From NCBI RefSeq assembly GCF_963921235.1, contig NC_086108.1, positions 39,434,001 to 39,498,000 of the forward strand: DNA of 64,000 bases, in the 5' to 3' direction. Shown piece after piece: positions 10,862 through 23,019 of the stretch. Source of the stretch: Mobula hypostoma (taxonomy: Eukaryota). Every line of letters starts with the position of its first letter. Positions within the stretch are counted from its first letter, which is position 1. A program made the translations under genes and the position numbers. Under the pieces are notes generated by a model. That model saw only the letters and a program-made list of their open reading frames with translations, did no database searches and was not told where the DNA came from.

Positions 10862-13800
10862 AGAGAGTCATAGAGCCAAAGAGAAGTACAGCACAGAAAC
10901 AGACTCTTTGGCCCATCGAGTCCATGTTGAAACCATTTAAACTACCAACTCCCATCAACCTGCAACCGGACCGTGGCTCTCCATATCTCTACTATCCATG
11001 TAACTATCCAAACTTCTCTTCAACATTGAAATCGAACTTGCATGCACCACTTACCACACTCTCATGGCCCTCTGAGTGAAGAAGGTTCCTCTCATGCTCC
11101 CTTTAAACTTTTCATCTTTCACCCCTAACCCATGACCTCTGTTTGTAATCCCACCCAACTTCAGTGAAAAACATCTGTTTGCATTTATCCTATCTGTACC
11201 CTTCATAATTTTGTAAACCTCTGTCAAATCTCGTCTCAATCTTCTACATTCTAAAGAATACAGTCCTAACCTGTTCAATCTTTTCTGTTAACTCAGGTCC
11301 TCCAGACCTGGAGGCATCTTTGTCAATTTTCTCTGTACTCTTTCAACCTTTTTCACACCTTTCCTGTAGGTAGGTGACCAAAACTGCAGACATTATTCCA
11401 AATCAGGCCTCACCAATGTCTTATACAACTTCAACCTAACATCCCATCTTCTGTACTCAATACATTGATTTATGAAGGCCAATGTGCCAAAAGCTTTCTT
11501 TACAACTCTATCCGTCTGTGATGCCACTTTCAACAAGTTACGCACCTGTATTCCCGGATTCCTTTGTTCTACCACAGTCTTCAGCGCCCTACTGTTCACT
11601 GTGTAAGGCCTACCCTGGTTGGTCCCACCGAAGTGCAAACCATGTACTTGTCTGCATTAAGTTCCTTCTGCCATTTTTCAGCCCATTCTTCCAGCTGATG
11701 CATATCCCTCTGCAAACCATGTTAGCCTTCCTCACTGTCCACTACACCCTCAGACTTGGTGTCATCTGCAAATTTACTGAGTCAGTTTACCACATTATCA
11801 TCCCGATCATTGACATAGCTGACAAACAACAAAGGACCCAGCACCAATCACTGCGGCACATCACTAGTCACAGGCCTCAAGTCAGAGAGGCAACCTGCTA
11901 CTACCGCTCTCTGGCTTCTCCCACAAAGCTAGTGTCTAATCCAATTTATTATCTCATCCTGAACGCCGAGCAATTGAACCTTCTTGACCAGCCTCCCACG
12001 CAGGACCTTGTCAAATGCCTTACTAAATTCCATGAAAACAACATTCAGTGCCTTGCTTTCATCTACTTCCCTGGTAACTTCTTCAAAAACTCTGTCACCT
12101 TCCCTGCTTCATTCCCTAATAGCAGATCCAAAATCACATGCTTTCTCATTAGGACTTCCATGTACTGATAAAGAAAGTTTTCCTGAACATATTTGACAAA
12201 CACTATCCTAGTCCTTTTACAGTATGGGATTCCCAGTCAATATGTTGAAAGTTAAAATCACCTGCTATAACAACCTTATGTTTCTTGTAGCAGTCTGTGG
12301 TCTCTTTATCTCTAAGACCATTGGGTGGTCTGTAATATAGACCCATTAACATGGTCATTACTTTCTCACTTCTCAGTTCCACCCATAACTAGCCTCACTA
12401 CTCGAATTCTCCAGTCTGTCCTTACAGAGCACTGCTGTGACACTTTTCCTGACTAGTAACACCAACCCTCCTTCTTTAATTCCTTCTGCTCTGTCACATT
12501 TTAAATAATGGAACCCAGGGACATTGAACTGCCAGTCCTACCCCTCCTGCATCCAAATCTCACTAATGGCTACAACATCATAATTCCAGGTGTTAATCCA
12601 TGCCCTGATCTCATCCGCCTTTCCTACAATACTTCCTGCATTGAAATGTACACAGCTCAGGACACTAGTCACACCATGCTCAACCTTTGGATTCCTGACT
12701 TTGTCTGAGGTCTTTCCAACATCTGCCTGCACAATCTCTTCACTAACTGTTCTAGCACTCTGGCTCCCATCTCTCTGCAACTCTAGTTTAAACCCCATCG
12801 TGCAACATAAATAAATTTTCCTGCTTGGATATTAGTAGCCCCTCTAGTTTAGGGGCAAACTGTCCCTCCTGTGCAGGTCCCACCTTCCTGGAAGAGAGCC
12901 CAATGATCCAAAAATTTTATGCCTTCCCTCCTACACCAACTCCTTAGCCACGTGTAAAACTGTATAACCTTCTTAGTTCTGGCCTCATTAGCACATGGCA
13001 TGGGTATTAATCCTGAGCTCACAATCCTGGAGATCCTGCCCTTTAATTTAGCACCTAACACCCTGGACTTCGTATGTAGAGCCTCGACATTCATTCTTCC
13101 TCTGCTATTGGTACCTACATAGACCATGACCCCTGGCTGTTCACCCTCCCACAAGAATGCTGTCGACTCGATCCAAGATGTCCCAGACCCCAGCACCCGG
13201 GAGGCACCATACCATCTGGGAATCTCGTTCTCGCCCGTTCCCCTAATTAACGAATCCCCTATCACCACAGCATACCTCATCTCCCCCCTTCCCTTCCGAG
13301 TCACAGCAGCAGGCTCTGTGCCGGGACTTGACTGCTGTGGCTTTCCTCGGTTAGGTCACCCTCCCCAACCGTATCCAAAGTGTTGCTCAGGGGGATGGTC
13401 ACAGGGTACTCTGCACTAGCTCCTTAACCCCTTTCTCCTTCCTGACTGTCACCCAGTTTCCTGTCTCCTGAACCCTGGGTGTAGCTACCTCTCTAGATGT
13501 CCTATCTATCACCACTTCATCCTCCTGAATGATCTATAGTTCATTCATTTCCAGCCCCAGCTCCTTAACACAGAATGCAAGAAGCTGCAATTAGATGCAC
13601 TTCTTGCAATTGTAGTCATCAGGGACACTGGGGGTCTCCCTGCCTTCCCACATCCCGCAAGGGGAGCATTCAACTATCCTGTCTGGCATCTTTACTGTCG
13701 TAGCTGAGCAGATATGAAGAAGGGAAAGCGGAAAAATCTTTACCTATAGCTTTTCTTTTCCTTGTTTTCTCTGACTGAAGCCTCAAAGAGCTAAAGTCTC

Positions 13801-13865
13801 AAGATCACCACCCTGCTGGTGGCCACTGCACTTGTCCCACCTTCCTTTAATTTGCTCTTACCAAT
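10862..13865 (-). mobile_element. Older CR1 LINE with ORF1 (zinc finger + esterase/SGNH) and a decayed, internally deleted ORF2
   Basis: ORF fragments: RLGLYSLECRRLRRDLTEVYKIMKG (11051-11278), LKLYKTLVRPDLE (11393-11638), HFNAGSIVGKADEIRAWI...AISEIW (12538-12798) and VIGDSLIRG...VYVGTN (12849-13304). Confidence 0.88.
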
Positions 13866-14162
13866 CAATCTTGGTCGAGCACTTCAGCAATATCTGCCAC
13901 AAGTAGGGCTTCCTGGTGGCCAAACATTTTAATTCCAATTCCCAATCACATCCGACATGTAGGTCTATGAACTCCTCTTGTGCCAAGATGAGGACACCCT
14001 CACGATGGAGGAGCAAAAACTTATTTCCATCTGGGTAGCCTCAAACCTGATGGAATGAATATGAAAACAACAGGAATTCTGCAGATGCTGGAAATTCAAG
14101 CAACATACATCAAAGTTGCTGGTGAACGCAGCAGGCCAAGCAGCATCTATAGGAAGAGGTGC

Positions 14163-14198
14163 AGTCGACATTTCAGGCCGAGACCCTTCGTCAGGACT
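14163..14198 (-). ncRNA. Minimal type I hammerhead ribozyme motif
   Basis: The minus strand reads AGTC-CTGACGA-AGG gtctcgg CCT-GAAA-TGTC-GACT. Confidence 0.7.
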
Positions 14199-14814
14199 AA
14201 CTGAAGGAAGAGTGAGTAAGGGATTTGAAAGTTGGAGGGGGAGGGGGAGATCCAAAATGATAGGAGAAGACAGGAGGGGGACGGATAGAGCCGAGAGCTG
14301 GACAGGTGATTGGCAAAAGGGGATACGAGAGGATCATGGGACAGGAGGTCCGGGAAGAAAGACAAGGGGGGGGGTGACCCAGAGGATGGGCAAGAGGTAT
14401 ATTCAGAGGGACAGAGGGAGAAAAAGGAGAGTGAGAGAAAGAATGTGTGCATAAAAAGATGGGGTACGAGGGGGAGGTGGGGCCTTAGCGGAAGTTAGAG
14501 AAGTCGATGTTCATGCCATCAGGTTGGAGGCTACCCAGACGGAATATAAGGTGTTGTTCCTCCAACCTGAGTGTGGCTTCATCTTTACAGTAGAGGAGGC
14601 CGTGGATAGACATGTCAGAATGGGAATGGGATGTGGAATTAAAATGTGTGGCCACTGGGAGATCCTGCTTTCTCTGGCGGACAGAGCGTAGATGTTCAGC
14701 AAAGCGGTCTCCCAGTCTGCGTCAGGTCTCGCCAATATATAAAAGGCCACATCGGGAGCACCGGACGCAGTATATCACCCCAGTCGACTCACAGGTGAAG
14801 TGATTCCTTCAGTT

Positions 14815-14850
14815 AGTCCTGACGAAGGGTCTCGGCCTGAAACGTCGACT
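14815..14850 (+). ncRNA. Minimal type I hammerhead ribozyme motif
   Basis: AGTC (stem I), CTGACGA (core), AGG/CCT (stem II), GAAA, CGTC (minimal stem III with GUC cleavage triplet), GACT (stem I'). Confidence 0.8.
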
Positions 14851-15402
14851 GCACCTCTTCCTATAGATGCTGCTTGGCCTGCTGCGTTCACCAGCAACTT
14901 TGATGTATGTGGAATGAATATGAACTTCTTCTGGTGAACAAATTTGTCCCAGTCCTCCTCTATCCCCCACTCCAAGCTTTCACTTCCTCTCACCTGCCTA
15001 CTGCTTCCACCCGGATCCCCTCCTCCTTCCCTTTCTCCTATCGTCCACTCTCCTATTCCATCAGATTCTTTCTTCTCCAGCTCTTGATCTTGCCCAACCA
15101 CCTCGCCTCACCTATCACCATCCAGCAGGCTCTTTCTCCCCATCCCACTTTTTATTCTGGCATCTTCCGCCTTCCTTCTCAATACTGAGGAAGGGTCTCA
15201 GCCCAAAACATGGACTGTTTACTCTTTCGCATAGATGCCTGACCTGCTGATTTCCTCGAGTGTTTTGTGTGTGTTGCTTTGGATTTCCAGCATCTGCGGA
15301 CTTTCTTGTGTTAGAGGAAACTTAATGATTGGTTTCAATAGTCACAAAGTACCAGTTGGAAGATAAATTGCATATAGGTTTAAATTGGCACTACTGAAGT
15401 TG

Positions 15403-15705
15403 TGCACGTGGCCAAGTGGTTAAGGCATTCGACTAGCGATCTGAAGGTCGTGAGTTCGAGACCCAGCTGAGGCAGCATGTTGTGTCCTTGAGCAAGGCAC
15501 TTAATCACACAGTGCTCTGCGACGACACTGGTGCCAAGCTGTATGAGTCCTAATGCCCTTCCCTTGGACAACATTGGTGTCCTGGAGAGGGGAGACTTGC
15601 AGAATGGGCAACTGCTGGTCTTCCATACAACCTTGCCCAGGCCTGCGCCCTGGAGAGTGAAGACTTTCCAGGCACAGATCCATGGTCTCACAATGCCTTT
15701 ACTTT
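15403..15705 (+). mobile_element. Full-length tRNA-derived SINE with an 11-bp TSD
   Basis: A box TGGCCAAGTGG (15409-15419), B box GTTCGAGAC (15454-15462) and a CTTTACTTT tail. TACTGAAGTTG is duplicated at 15392-15402 and 15706-15716. Confidence 0.88.
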
Positions 15706-15829
15706 TACTGAAGTTGGGTGAGAGTTTACTGGTAGTTCAAAAGGCAAGAAATATGACTGAAAACATCATTAGCAACACTTTTTCTGAGAAAAGTTGTGGA
15801 AAGCTATCACTGCAAACAATAAAGAGGTG

Positions 15830-16604
15830 AGTGAAGGTGAAGCTGACTCGAGGGTTGAGCCGTGCTGGTGCGTTGCAAAGTCAGAGTGTTGCATATTCGA
15901 GACAGTGTCGGAGACAGAGACAGTGTGCTGCTGGAGATGGAGCTGGAGTGAGTGATTCTGAGTGGAGTCGAGGTGGAGGAGTTTTGATACCTGTCCACCA
16001 CCTGGGTGTGAGGTTGGTTTGTTCTAAGTGCCAAACTGGTTTGGAGATGTCAAGAACACTCTCAGGCTGGGCGGCAGGGTACAGGCCCAGAGCGAATCAC
16101 TGCGGTGGGGCCCGGGTCCTAGTGCGGGGCATGACCCAGTATTTGGACAATTTAAATGGAAGGCTAGAGAGACTGGAATGACAGTCTGTCAGGAACGGAG
16201 GCAAAGGTCAGGCCGATTTCACTTGCTCTTCTGCGATGTTTACTCCTCTCTCCGCAGCAGTAAGGCCGTAAGACTGCTCCAGTTGCTACACACTTCATGT
16301 CTGTGAGCTTTGTGGCAGTTTGCCCTGCTAAATGATGACCTGAGTCCAAGGCTTTGGGCCTACTTGGGCTGTTCCCAGAATTTTTGTCTATGGACTCAAT
16401 TTGGTTCGGAATGCTGTTGCTTGCTTCTTTTGTTTGGGCAATTTGTATTTTTTCTCTTTCTCTGCACATTGAGTGGTCTTTCATTTTTTTAATTGAGTTC
16501 TTTCGAGTTTCTTGCTTTGTGGCTGCCTGTAAGCAGACAAATCTCAAGTTTGTATAACTTATAAATACTTTGATAATAATTGTACTTTGAATCCTTTGAA
16601 TCCT
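15830..16604 (+). mobile_element. Unclassified non-autonomous retroposon with a LINE-type 3' tail
   Basis: Ends in AATCTCAAG..TGTATA...CTTTGATAATAA.TGTACTTTGAATCCTTTGAA, related to the tail at 22585-22655. The 5' boundary is uncertain. Confidence 0.4.
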
Positions 16605-16914
16605 GAAGACCGTTTCTTATTTTAGTTCATCTATAATTATGTTATCCATAATTACATAAACTCAAAATGATCCCTAACACTGTAGCCTCCTGCTCTGTTA
16701 CAGAGCCCAATGCAAACCTGAGGAATAATGTCCAGTCTTTAGTCAGGGCACGTGGCAGATTGCAGGACTCAATATCTCCAACTTTAGATAACATGTTCTT
16801 TTTTTCTGTTTATGAGAGAACTAGACATTTCTGCCTGCCATCCTTATCTTTTTATGCACAGTCTAGCCTTTCCCAGGAGGCCAAATGATACAGTATTATA
16901 GAGATACATCATGC

Positions 16915-17447
16915 AAACAAAGAAGGTTAAACCGAACTTGTACAAATGCTGGGGATTCTCAGTGTTGTGTAAGTTCAATGCATGTGCAGCATCTGTGGAG
17001 GGAAATTAACCATCCACATTTCAGGTCAAAACCCTTCATCTAGACTGAAACATAGAGGTGTTAGGTGGCTCAAGAGAGAGCGATGATAGGCAGATGGAGG
17101 GAGGGGGAAGAATGCATATTGTGACAAAGCCAGGAGGTGATATGTGGAAGTGACAAAGGGCTGAAGATGATGGAACCTGATAGGAGAGGAGGTAGAGCAG
17201 AAGACTGGGCTAAGGGAGATGGAGAGAAAAATTAATGGGAGGGATGTGCGGATGGTGGGCAGATGGAGAAGGAGGAGAACGGGAAAGAGATAGAGTGATG
17301 GGAATCGGGAGGAGAGAGAAGAGAGAAAGGTGAAGAGTTTCAAACTGAAACATCAACTGTCCATTTCCCTCCATAGATACTGCCTATCCTGCCAGAGCTT
17401 GGGTATTGCCCCAGATTTCACCACCTGCAGTCTCTTGTATCTCCATC
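16915..17447. mobile_element. Penelope-like terminal-repeat derivative with inverted ends around a purine-rich core
   Basis: GCAGCATCTGTGGAGGGAAAT...ACCCTTCATCTAGACTG on the left and GAAACATCAACTGTCCATTTCCCTCCATAGATACTGC on the right. Confidence 0.6.
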
Positions 17448-17649
17448 CTAATTTGACCATAACTAACTATTGATAGACATATTATTTCACATTGTCAGAT
17501 TAATTAACTTTGTTCTACCCAAATCTTTCCTCACCTTTCTGCGACCGAATGACACAAGAGACTGCAGGTGCTGCAATCTGAATAAAAAAATGAATTCTGG
17601 AAAGAATTATCTCATCAGCCAGCATCTGTGGAGGCAAAAGACCCTGTTT

Positions 17650-19126
17650 TTCACTGTATAGATATGCAGGACTGTTCTTCATGGTTAGACTTGGAGGAGA
17701 ACTCGGTAAAGGGGTTTTCTTTGGCTTCTTTGCTGGGAGCTCCTCTTCCCTTTTTGTTTTCTAAAATTGGTAGACAAGATCTTAGTCCCATTGTTAGACA
17801 TACATTAAAAATTTGGTTTCAGTTTCGCAGATCTTTTGACTTAAATAACTTTATTCTTTCTAGTAATATCCATTTTAATTATTTTTAAACCATCAATTTT
17901 AGACAAGGCCTTTTTAACATGGAAAACTAAGGAAATAATAACTTTTCTAGATTTGCTTTTAGAGGATTGTTTAATGTCTTTTTCTCAGCTAATGGACAAA
18001 TATGATTTATCTAATGCACAATTTTTTAGAAATTTACAAGTTAGGAATTTTTTACATGATTTGTTACCGAATTACCCGTTTGCTCATTTACCAAATATGA
18101 TAAATGTTACCTTTCAGTTTAAACCATTCCAAAAAGGATTGATAGCCATCATATGTAAACAGCTATTGTGTTTACGAATGATGTCTAATGATAAGGTTAA
18201 ACGTGCTTGGGAATTGGAACTTCAAGAACCACTTTCAGATAATCAATGGAATAAAATTTGTCATTTAGTTAACAATCTCTCCTTGATTCAGTTCAAGGTA
18301 GTGCACAGGGCGCATATGTCAAAAGATAAACTCGCGCATATTTTTTCTGATATAAATCCTACTTGTGTTAGATCCAACACTGAGGTGGCCACTTTAACTC
18401 GTATGTTTCGGTCCTGCATAAAGTTAAATAATTTTTGGAGAGATGTTTTTAGAACGTTACCAAAAGTCATAGGTCTGGATCTGCAACCTAATTCACTTAC
18501 GGCAATCTTTGGGGTTATTCCGATGGAACCAGGAAACGTTCCTGCTTCCGCTCAACGCATGATAGCTTTCTCAACTTTATTGGCTAGGAGAGCTATTCTA
18601 TTGTACTGGAAGGATCCCGATCCTCCTACTGTATTTTTTTGGCTCTCCTCCATTATGTCTTATTTAAGTTTGGAGAAAATAAGAAGTCAGACGTTTGATA
18701 CATCTTTTAAATTTGAGCGAACTTGGTGACCTTTTATTCAATATTTTCATATGATCTAATTCTTATTACTTTTATAGTTAATTATTCTTTTTTCTCTGCG
18801 AATTTTTAGATTTGGTCAGAATGATTTTCCCTTTTTTATTAACTGTATCCTCAAAATGGACTGCCCAGTCCCCCCTTTTTTTGTTTTAGGTTAGTTTAGT
18901 GGGTTTTTTTCTCTCTCAATGATAGAAAATGTTGAATTTTTTTTTCCGTGAACTGTTGAGAGGAGAGGTGGTTTTCTTTTCTCTTTATATTATCTTTATA
19001 CTATACATGATTTGAAGAGTGTATACTCCTTTCTTTGTTTGTATTTTTATTGAATTATGTATTTGAGATAACCTCTCCTCTTGTTTGTATTTACCCTTAT
19101 TCTTTTAAAAAAAAAGATTGAAAGTG
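17650..19126 (+). mobile_element. L1-clade LINE, 5'-truncated, with a 12-bp TSD, inserted in a Penelope-like terminal-repeat remnant (~17550-17649 and 19139-19290)
   Basis: ORF 17953-18729 has L1 C-terminal motifs (QFKVVHRAH, decayed CCHC, NNFWRDVF, LLARRAILLYWK). It has a T-rich 3' UTR and an A-rich end. AAGACCCTGTTT is duplicated at 17638-17649 and 19127-19138. Confidence 0.85.
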
Positions 19127-19981
19127 AAGACCCTGTTTCAATTCCCTGCTTTATGATTTGTTTTCACCTTTCCCAGTTTTGATGAAGGGTCCTGGACCTG
19201 AATGCCTTTTTCCAGAGATGCTGCTTTATCCATTGTGTTTTTCTGGCATTTTCTGTTTTATTTTTGTTTTCCAGCACCTGCAGTTTTTGTTTTGTTTTCT
19301 ATTTTTGTTTTGATGAATTTGATGAATGTATCAGTGCTGCTTCAGCATATAAACTGAACTTGAATTTTTTTTACAATCTTTGCTGCCTATTTCCACCTCA
19401 TTTTCACATTGTCTACATCTGACTCTCCCCCTTCCTTTTTTGACATGATAATCTCCAATCCAATGGGTAGGTGAGCCACTAATATCTACTTTCAGCCCAG
19501 ATTCCCACCAGCTATGTCTACTACAACTCTTGCTATCCTGCTTTCCATAACAACATCATTTCCACCCTCACAGTAACACCCTAGGCCATTCTCACGGCCA
19601 ACAACCCATCCTTCACCTTCAAGCAATCTTGATTCATCCCAAACCTAACTGGATATTTCCTAGCTCAAAGGCCCTCCAAGTCAAATTCCACGAATGTTGA
19701 CTTTCTGACATGTCCTCATGCTTTTCTCAGAACCCTGATTCCATTTACAATCATTGTTTCCTAAACCATTTCAGATTTCATCATATTAGGGGATCTCCTC
19801 TTCTCAGCTTCTAGTTTCACCGAACTCTAACCCCTCACTGCCATTTCTTTTTCTTACCTAGGATCCATAAACAGAACTACCCTGATGAACCCATCGTTTC
19901 TGCCTACTCTTGCCTTCACTGAACTCTCTTCTTCATACATGGATGTCATCTTGTCTTCCCATTTCTAGTTTTTTGTTATCC

Positions 19982-20072
19982 GTCCTCAGAACTGGATGAG
20001 TGTGTCTGCCCTCTGGACCATGCAAGGGTGTGGTCTGTCCTCAGAACTGTGTGAGTGTGTCTGCCCGCTGGA
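19982..20072 (+). repeat. Short imperfect direct duplication (two ~36-bp copies)
   Basis: GTCCTCAGAACTG..TGAGTGTGTCTGCCC.CTGGAC occurs at ~19982 and ~20037. Confidence 0.7.
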
Positions 20073-20619
20073 CTCACTCTGAGTTTAGTGAACTTGGATT
20101 TGTCAGTTGTGTGAGCTGTTTTAACTGGAAAGTCCCCAAAGTCAGCAGTGAGTACTCTTTGTTCCCCATTCCTGTTTGTGTGAGCAATCTATTTTCGATG
20201 AATATGACACAGAGTTCCCTGAACTCCAGTGTTTCCACTGTGCAATCTGTGAATTTGACAGTGTGAACACTGCTTTCTCCGACTTTGATGGTGTGAGAAT
20301 TATGCTTTCTTTTGACCATTGTGGAATGTGTGCATTCTCTGAATATTTCATTACAAGATCTATATGGTCCCAGATCTTGACAAGTGTAATCATTGCGCAT
20401 TTTCTGAATTTGACACTGTGCTGTGTGATCCCTGTGTGTAGCTGCTTGTTCTATGAGCAATAGTGTAATAGCATTGCTTTCATAGAACATATCTGTGTGA
20501 GTGCTGATCATTTTCTAAGCCAGTGCATTTTATGAGCACAAGAGATTCTGCAGATACAGGAAATCCAGAGCAACACATACAACATGCTGGATGATCACCA
20601 GGGTCCTGAAGAAATACCA

Positions 20620-21100
20620 AATTAATACCAAGGTGGAAACCCACATCAAAGAGCATAGAAAGTATATCTATTTGGATTACCCGAAGAAATTGGCGGTAGC
20701 AGAACATTGCATACACAATGACCACAGGATTGATTTCAATGGCACAGAACGACTGTGATACGCCAGTAGTTTTTGGGACTTCCTGGTGAAGGAAGCCATT
20801 GAAGTAAGACTAGAGAATAAAAATTTTCAGAAAGACATAGGTATCACTCTAAGTAAGAACTGGAATACAATTTTAAATAAGGAGGTACAGCAGAAACCTG
20901 ATTGGTTGAGGACTAGCCAATCAGGTGGGACAGGCAACAGGAGTTGAGTATATATACCACTGGATTTGACATGCCTAGGCATCATCCTTGAGGAAGATGG
21001 TAGAGTTTGTGATCAAAACATTTGTAAAATCAACAGCTGTATCCGGCTGGAAGTCTGAGAAGAGTTTTTATGTCATATACGCCAGAAAAGTACTAGATCC
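20620..21100 (+). mobile_element. Penelope-like element 3' fragment from a second lineage (Penelope/Poseidon-like)
   Basis: Reads HIKEHRKYIYLDYPKKLAVAEHCIHNDHRIDF...LVKEAIEVRLENKNF (GIY-YIG C-terminal half). A decayed hammerhead-like motif lies at ~20985-21025. Confidence 0.7.
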
Positions 21101-21233
21101 TTATTCATAGTGGTTAACTTCACTCATGTCAGCACTGAACACAACCTATGGACTCACTTTCAAAGACTCTAACATTCATTATTCATTCAAAAACTCTAGC
21201 ATTATTTATTATTATTACTATTGTTAATTTTTT

Positions 21234-22395
21234 TCTCTGCTCAAGCTGGTAAAACCTGAGGTACGGGCATAACCGAGAACACTCATTTCTCATTTGCTAG
21301 GAATTTTCAGACTATTCTAGCGGTGTTTAGTATTGTGGCTTCCTGACTATTTACATCGATATTGCTGTGTAGCCCTTATTGTTTAATGCTATTGTGTAGT
21401 GCCTTTGGGATGACACAATTTGTAGATATTACAATTGGGAAAATGTATACCCTGTTCATGTTCCAATGTCTTTAAATTTCCTCTTTTGATTCAGCATATT
21501 TCTGGAGTTTTTCTGTAAGTTATGCATGTTTGGAATGGCTATACCTATTAAATAAGTTGCCCTTGTTTGTTTATCCTGTATTATTATATCCAGATGGTTA
21601 TTATGGATTGCCCAATCTGTTATAACTGATTGGTCATAATATAATTTGTGATATTCTGACACTAAAACTGAATCAGGATTGTATTGATAGTAAGGCGTGA
21701 TTTCTTTTATGACTTTGTATGTTCAAGCAAGGTTCTGATGCATGATGTTTGTCACTTGATTGTGCCTGGGTCAGATTGTGTTAAACTGCTACAGGATCCT
21801 GTAATGTGTTATTGTTTCTGCTCTTTCTTGGCATTTTCCATATTTATCATCTCGAATTTGTTGTTTTCTTATTATGTATTTGTGATTATTTTTTGTTTTA
21901 ACCACCTGGTCCTGTATTGCCACAAGGAACCCTTCAGTTTCTGTGAAGAGGTGTCCAGCTCTAAGCCATGAATTCAACACTTTCTTGTTAACATCTAGTC
22001 TGTTCAGATCATGGGGATGTCTTCCATGGAGGGCCATGCTCTTCCATTTTCTTCTGTAGTGATAATATCTTCATTTTTTTTGGGTTGTGTTCTCATTTAA
22101 CTTCTTATCAGAATTGCACATGCTTGTGTGAAGTGCTGATTCCAGTTTTCATTGATGAAAGTATATCTTTAGAAGTTTTATCTGACGGTTGTGTAGATTT
22201 TTAATGTCTATTATTCCTCTTCCCCGTTCTGTCCTAGGTAGTGTTAATCTAACTGTATTCGAATGTACATAATGTTTTCGAAAGTTTGTCATTTCAGTTC
22301 TTATTTTTCTTTGTAATTTTTCCAGATCAGTTTCGGACCGTGATATTATGCCAAAAGTACACATTAACATAGGTATAGCAAAAGTGTTTATTGCC
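21234..22395 (-). mobile_element. R4/Dong-like non-LTR retrotransposon 3' fragment (restriction-like endonuclease)
   Basis: ORF fragments: TDLEKLQRKIRTEM...RLTLPRTERGRG, ETEGFLVAIQDQV...KCQERAETITH and KLYYDQSVITD...HLDII.QDK...YLIGIAIPN (decayed PD..D motif). It is flanked by ATT repeats. Confidence 0.75.
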
Positions 22396-22464
22396 TGTGT
22401 TGTAATATATACTTTTTATTCTCAGCTCAGGCTGGTAAATCCTGAGGTACAGGCACAGTCAAGC

Positions 22465-22655
22465 ATGCTTTAATACTATTGTATTTGCACAGTTTGTAAA
22501 TTGGTTACTTGTCAGACTTTGTGTATATTTTTTCAAGATTCTGTTGTATTTCTCTGTTCTTCTGTGAATGCCCGTAAGAAAATGAATCTCAGGGTGGTAT
22601 ATAATGACATATATGGACTATGACAATAAATGTAATTTGAATCTTTGAACTTTGA
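22465..22655 (+). mobile_element. LINE 3' UTR/tail remnant; its 5' part is probably 21110-21200, making it the host of the R4/Dong-like insertion
   Basis: AAGAAAATGAATCTCAGGGTGGTATAT...AATAAAT...CTTTGAACTTTGA tail. Confidence 0.5.
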
Positions 22656-22931
22656 GGTCTTTTGTTTAGCTGATGTTGAGGGAAAGCACACCATATCACT
22701 TCCCCCCACCCCCTGGGAAATTGAGTGTTTTTTAGATGGTAGTGACTTTATTTTAACTTGAAATTATCATCAGTATTTTAACCCCTAACTTCTGTATTTG
22801 AATGAAGTTTTTACATGTTTGTTAAAGGGAAGGACACCATATCACTAGTCTCTCTATCTCCCTCCTGTACTCTGAATCATCATTATTTGAGATACAGCCC
22901 ACTACATGGCATCATCTAAAAACCTGTAGAT

Positions 22932-23011
22932 CAGAGGTTCTGAACCTGGGGTCAACAGACCGCTCAACTAATGGTAGGGGTCCATGCATAAAAGAACGTT
23001 GGGAACCCCTG
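22932..23011. mobile_element. 80-bp hAT-like MITE, copy 2
   Basis: Termini CAGAGGTTC...GGAACCCCTG. The 8-bp flanks CTGTAGAT and TTGTAGAT match at 7/8 positions. Confidence 0.7.
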
Positions 23012-23019
23012 TTGTAGAT

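Larger units (their letters stand above)
14066..14909 (-). mobile_element. Young 5'-truncated Penelope-like retroelement with an inverted terminal repeat and a 15-bp TSD
   Basis: The minus frame reads HFTCESTGVIYCVRCSRCGLLYIGET*RRLGDRFAEHL...LGSLQPDGMNIDFSNFR* (GIY-YIG, one stop). An ~107-bp inverted repeat spans 14103-14209 and 14804-14910. TGGAATGAATATGAA is duplicated at 14051-14065 and 14910-14924. Confidence 0.9.
13870..15310 (+). mobile_element. Older Penelope-like element 3' part (GIY-YIG C-terminus and terminal repeat), split by a younger related insertion
   Basis: 13870-14065 reads decayed VEH...VAKHFN...EEQKLI..LGSLKPDGMN. The element resumes at 14925 with a pyrimidine-rich UTR and a decayed hammerhead-like terminus at ~15181-15217. 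Confidence 0.75.

Noticed and set aside
4905..12168. Antisense ORFs over the LINEs (e.g. 8486-9262 -, 11482-12168 +, 4905-5369 -)
   Set aside because: These are shadow frames of retroelement coding sequence.
15403..15475. tRNA gene
   Set aside because: It is the head of a SINE: it continues into a ~300-bp body with a tail and a TSD.
20000..20511. Overlapping ORFs of 83-145 aa on both strands
   Set aside because: No recognisable domain and several frames are open at once; not supportable as a CDS without expression data.
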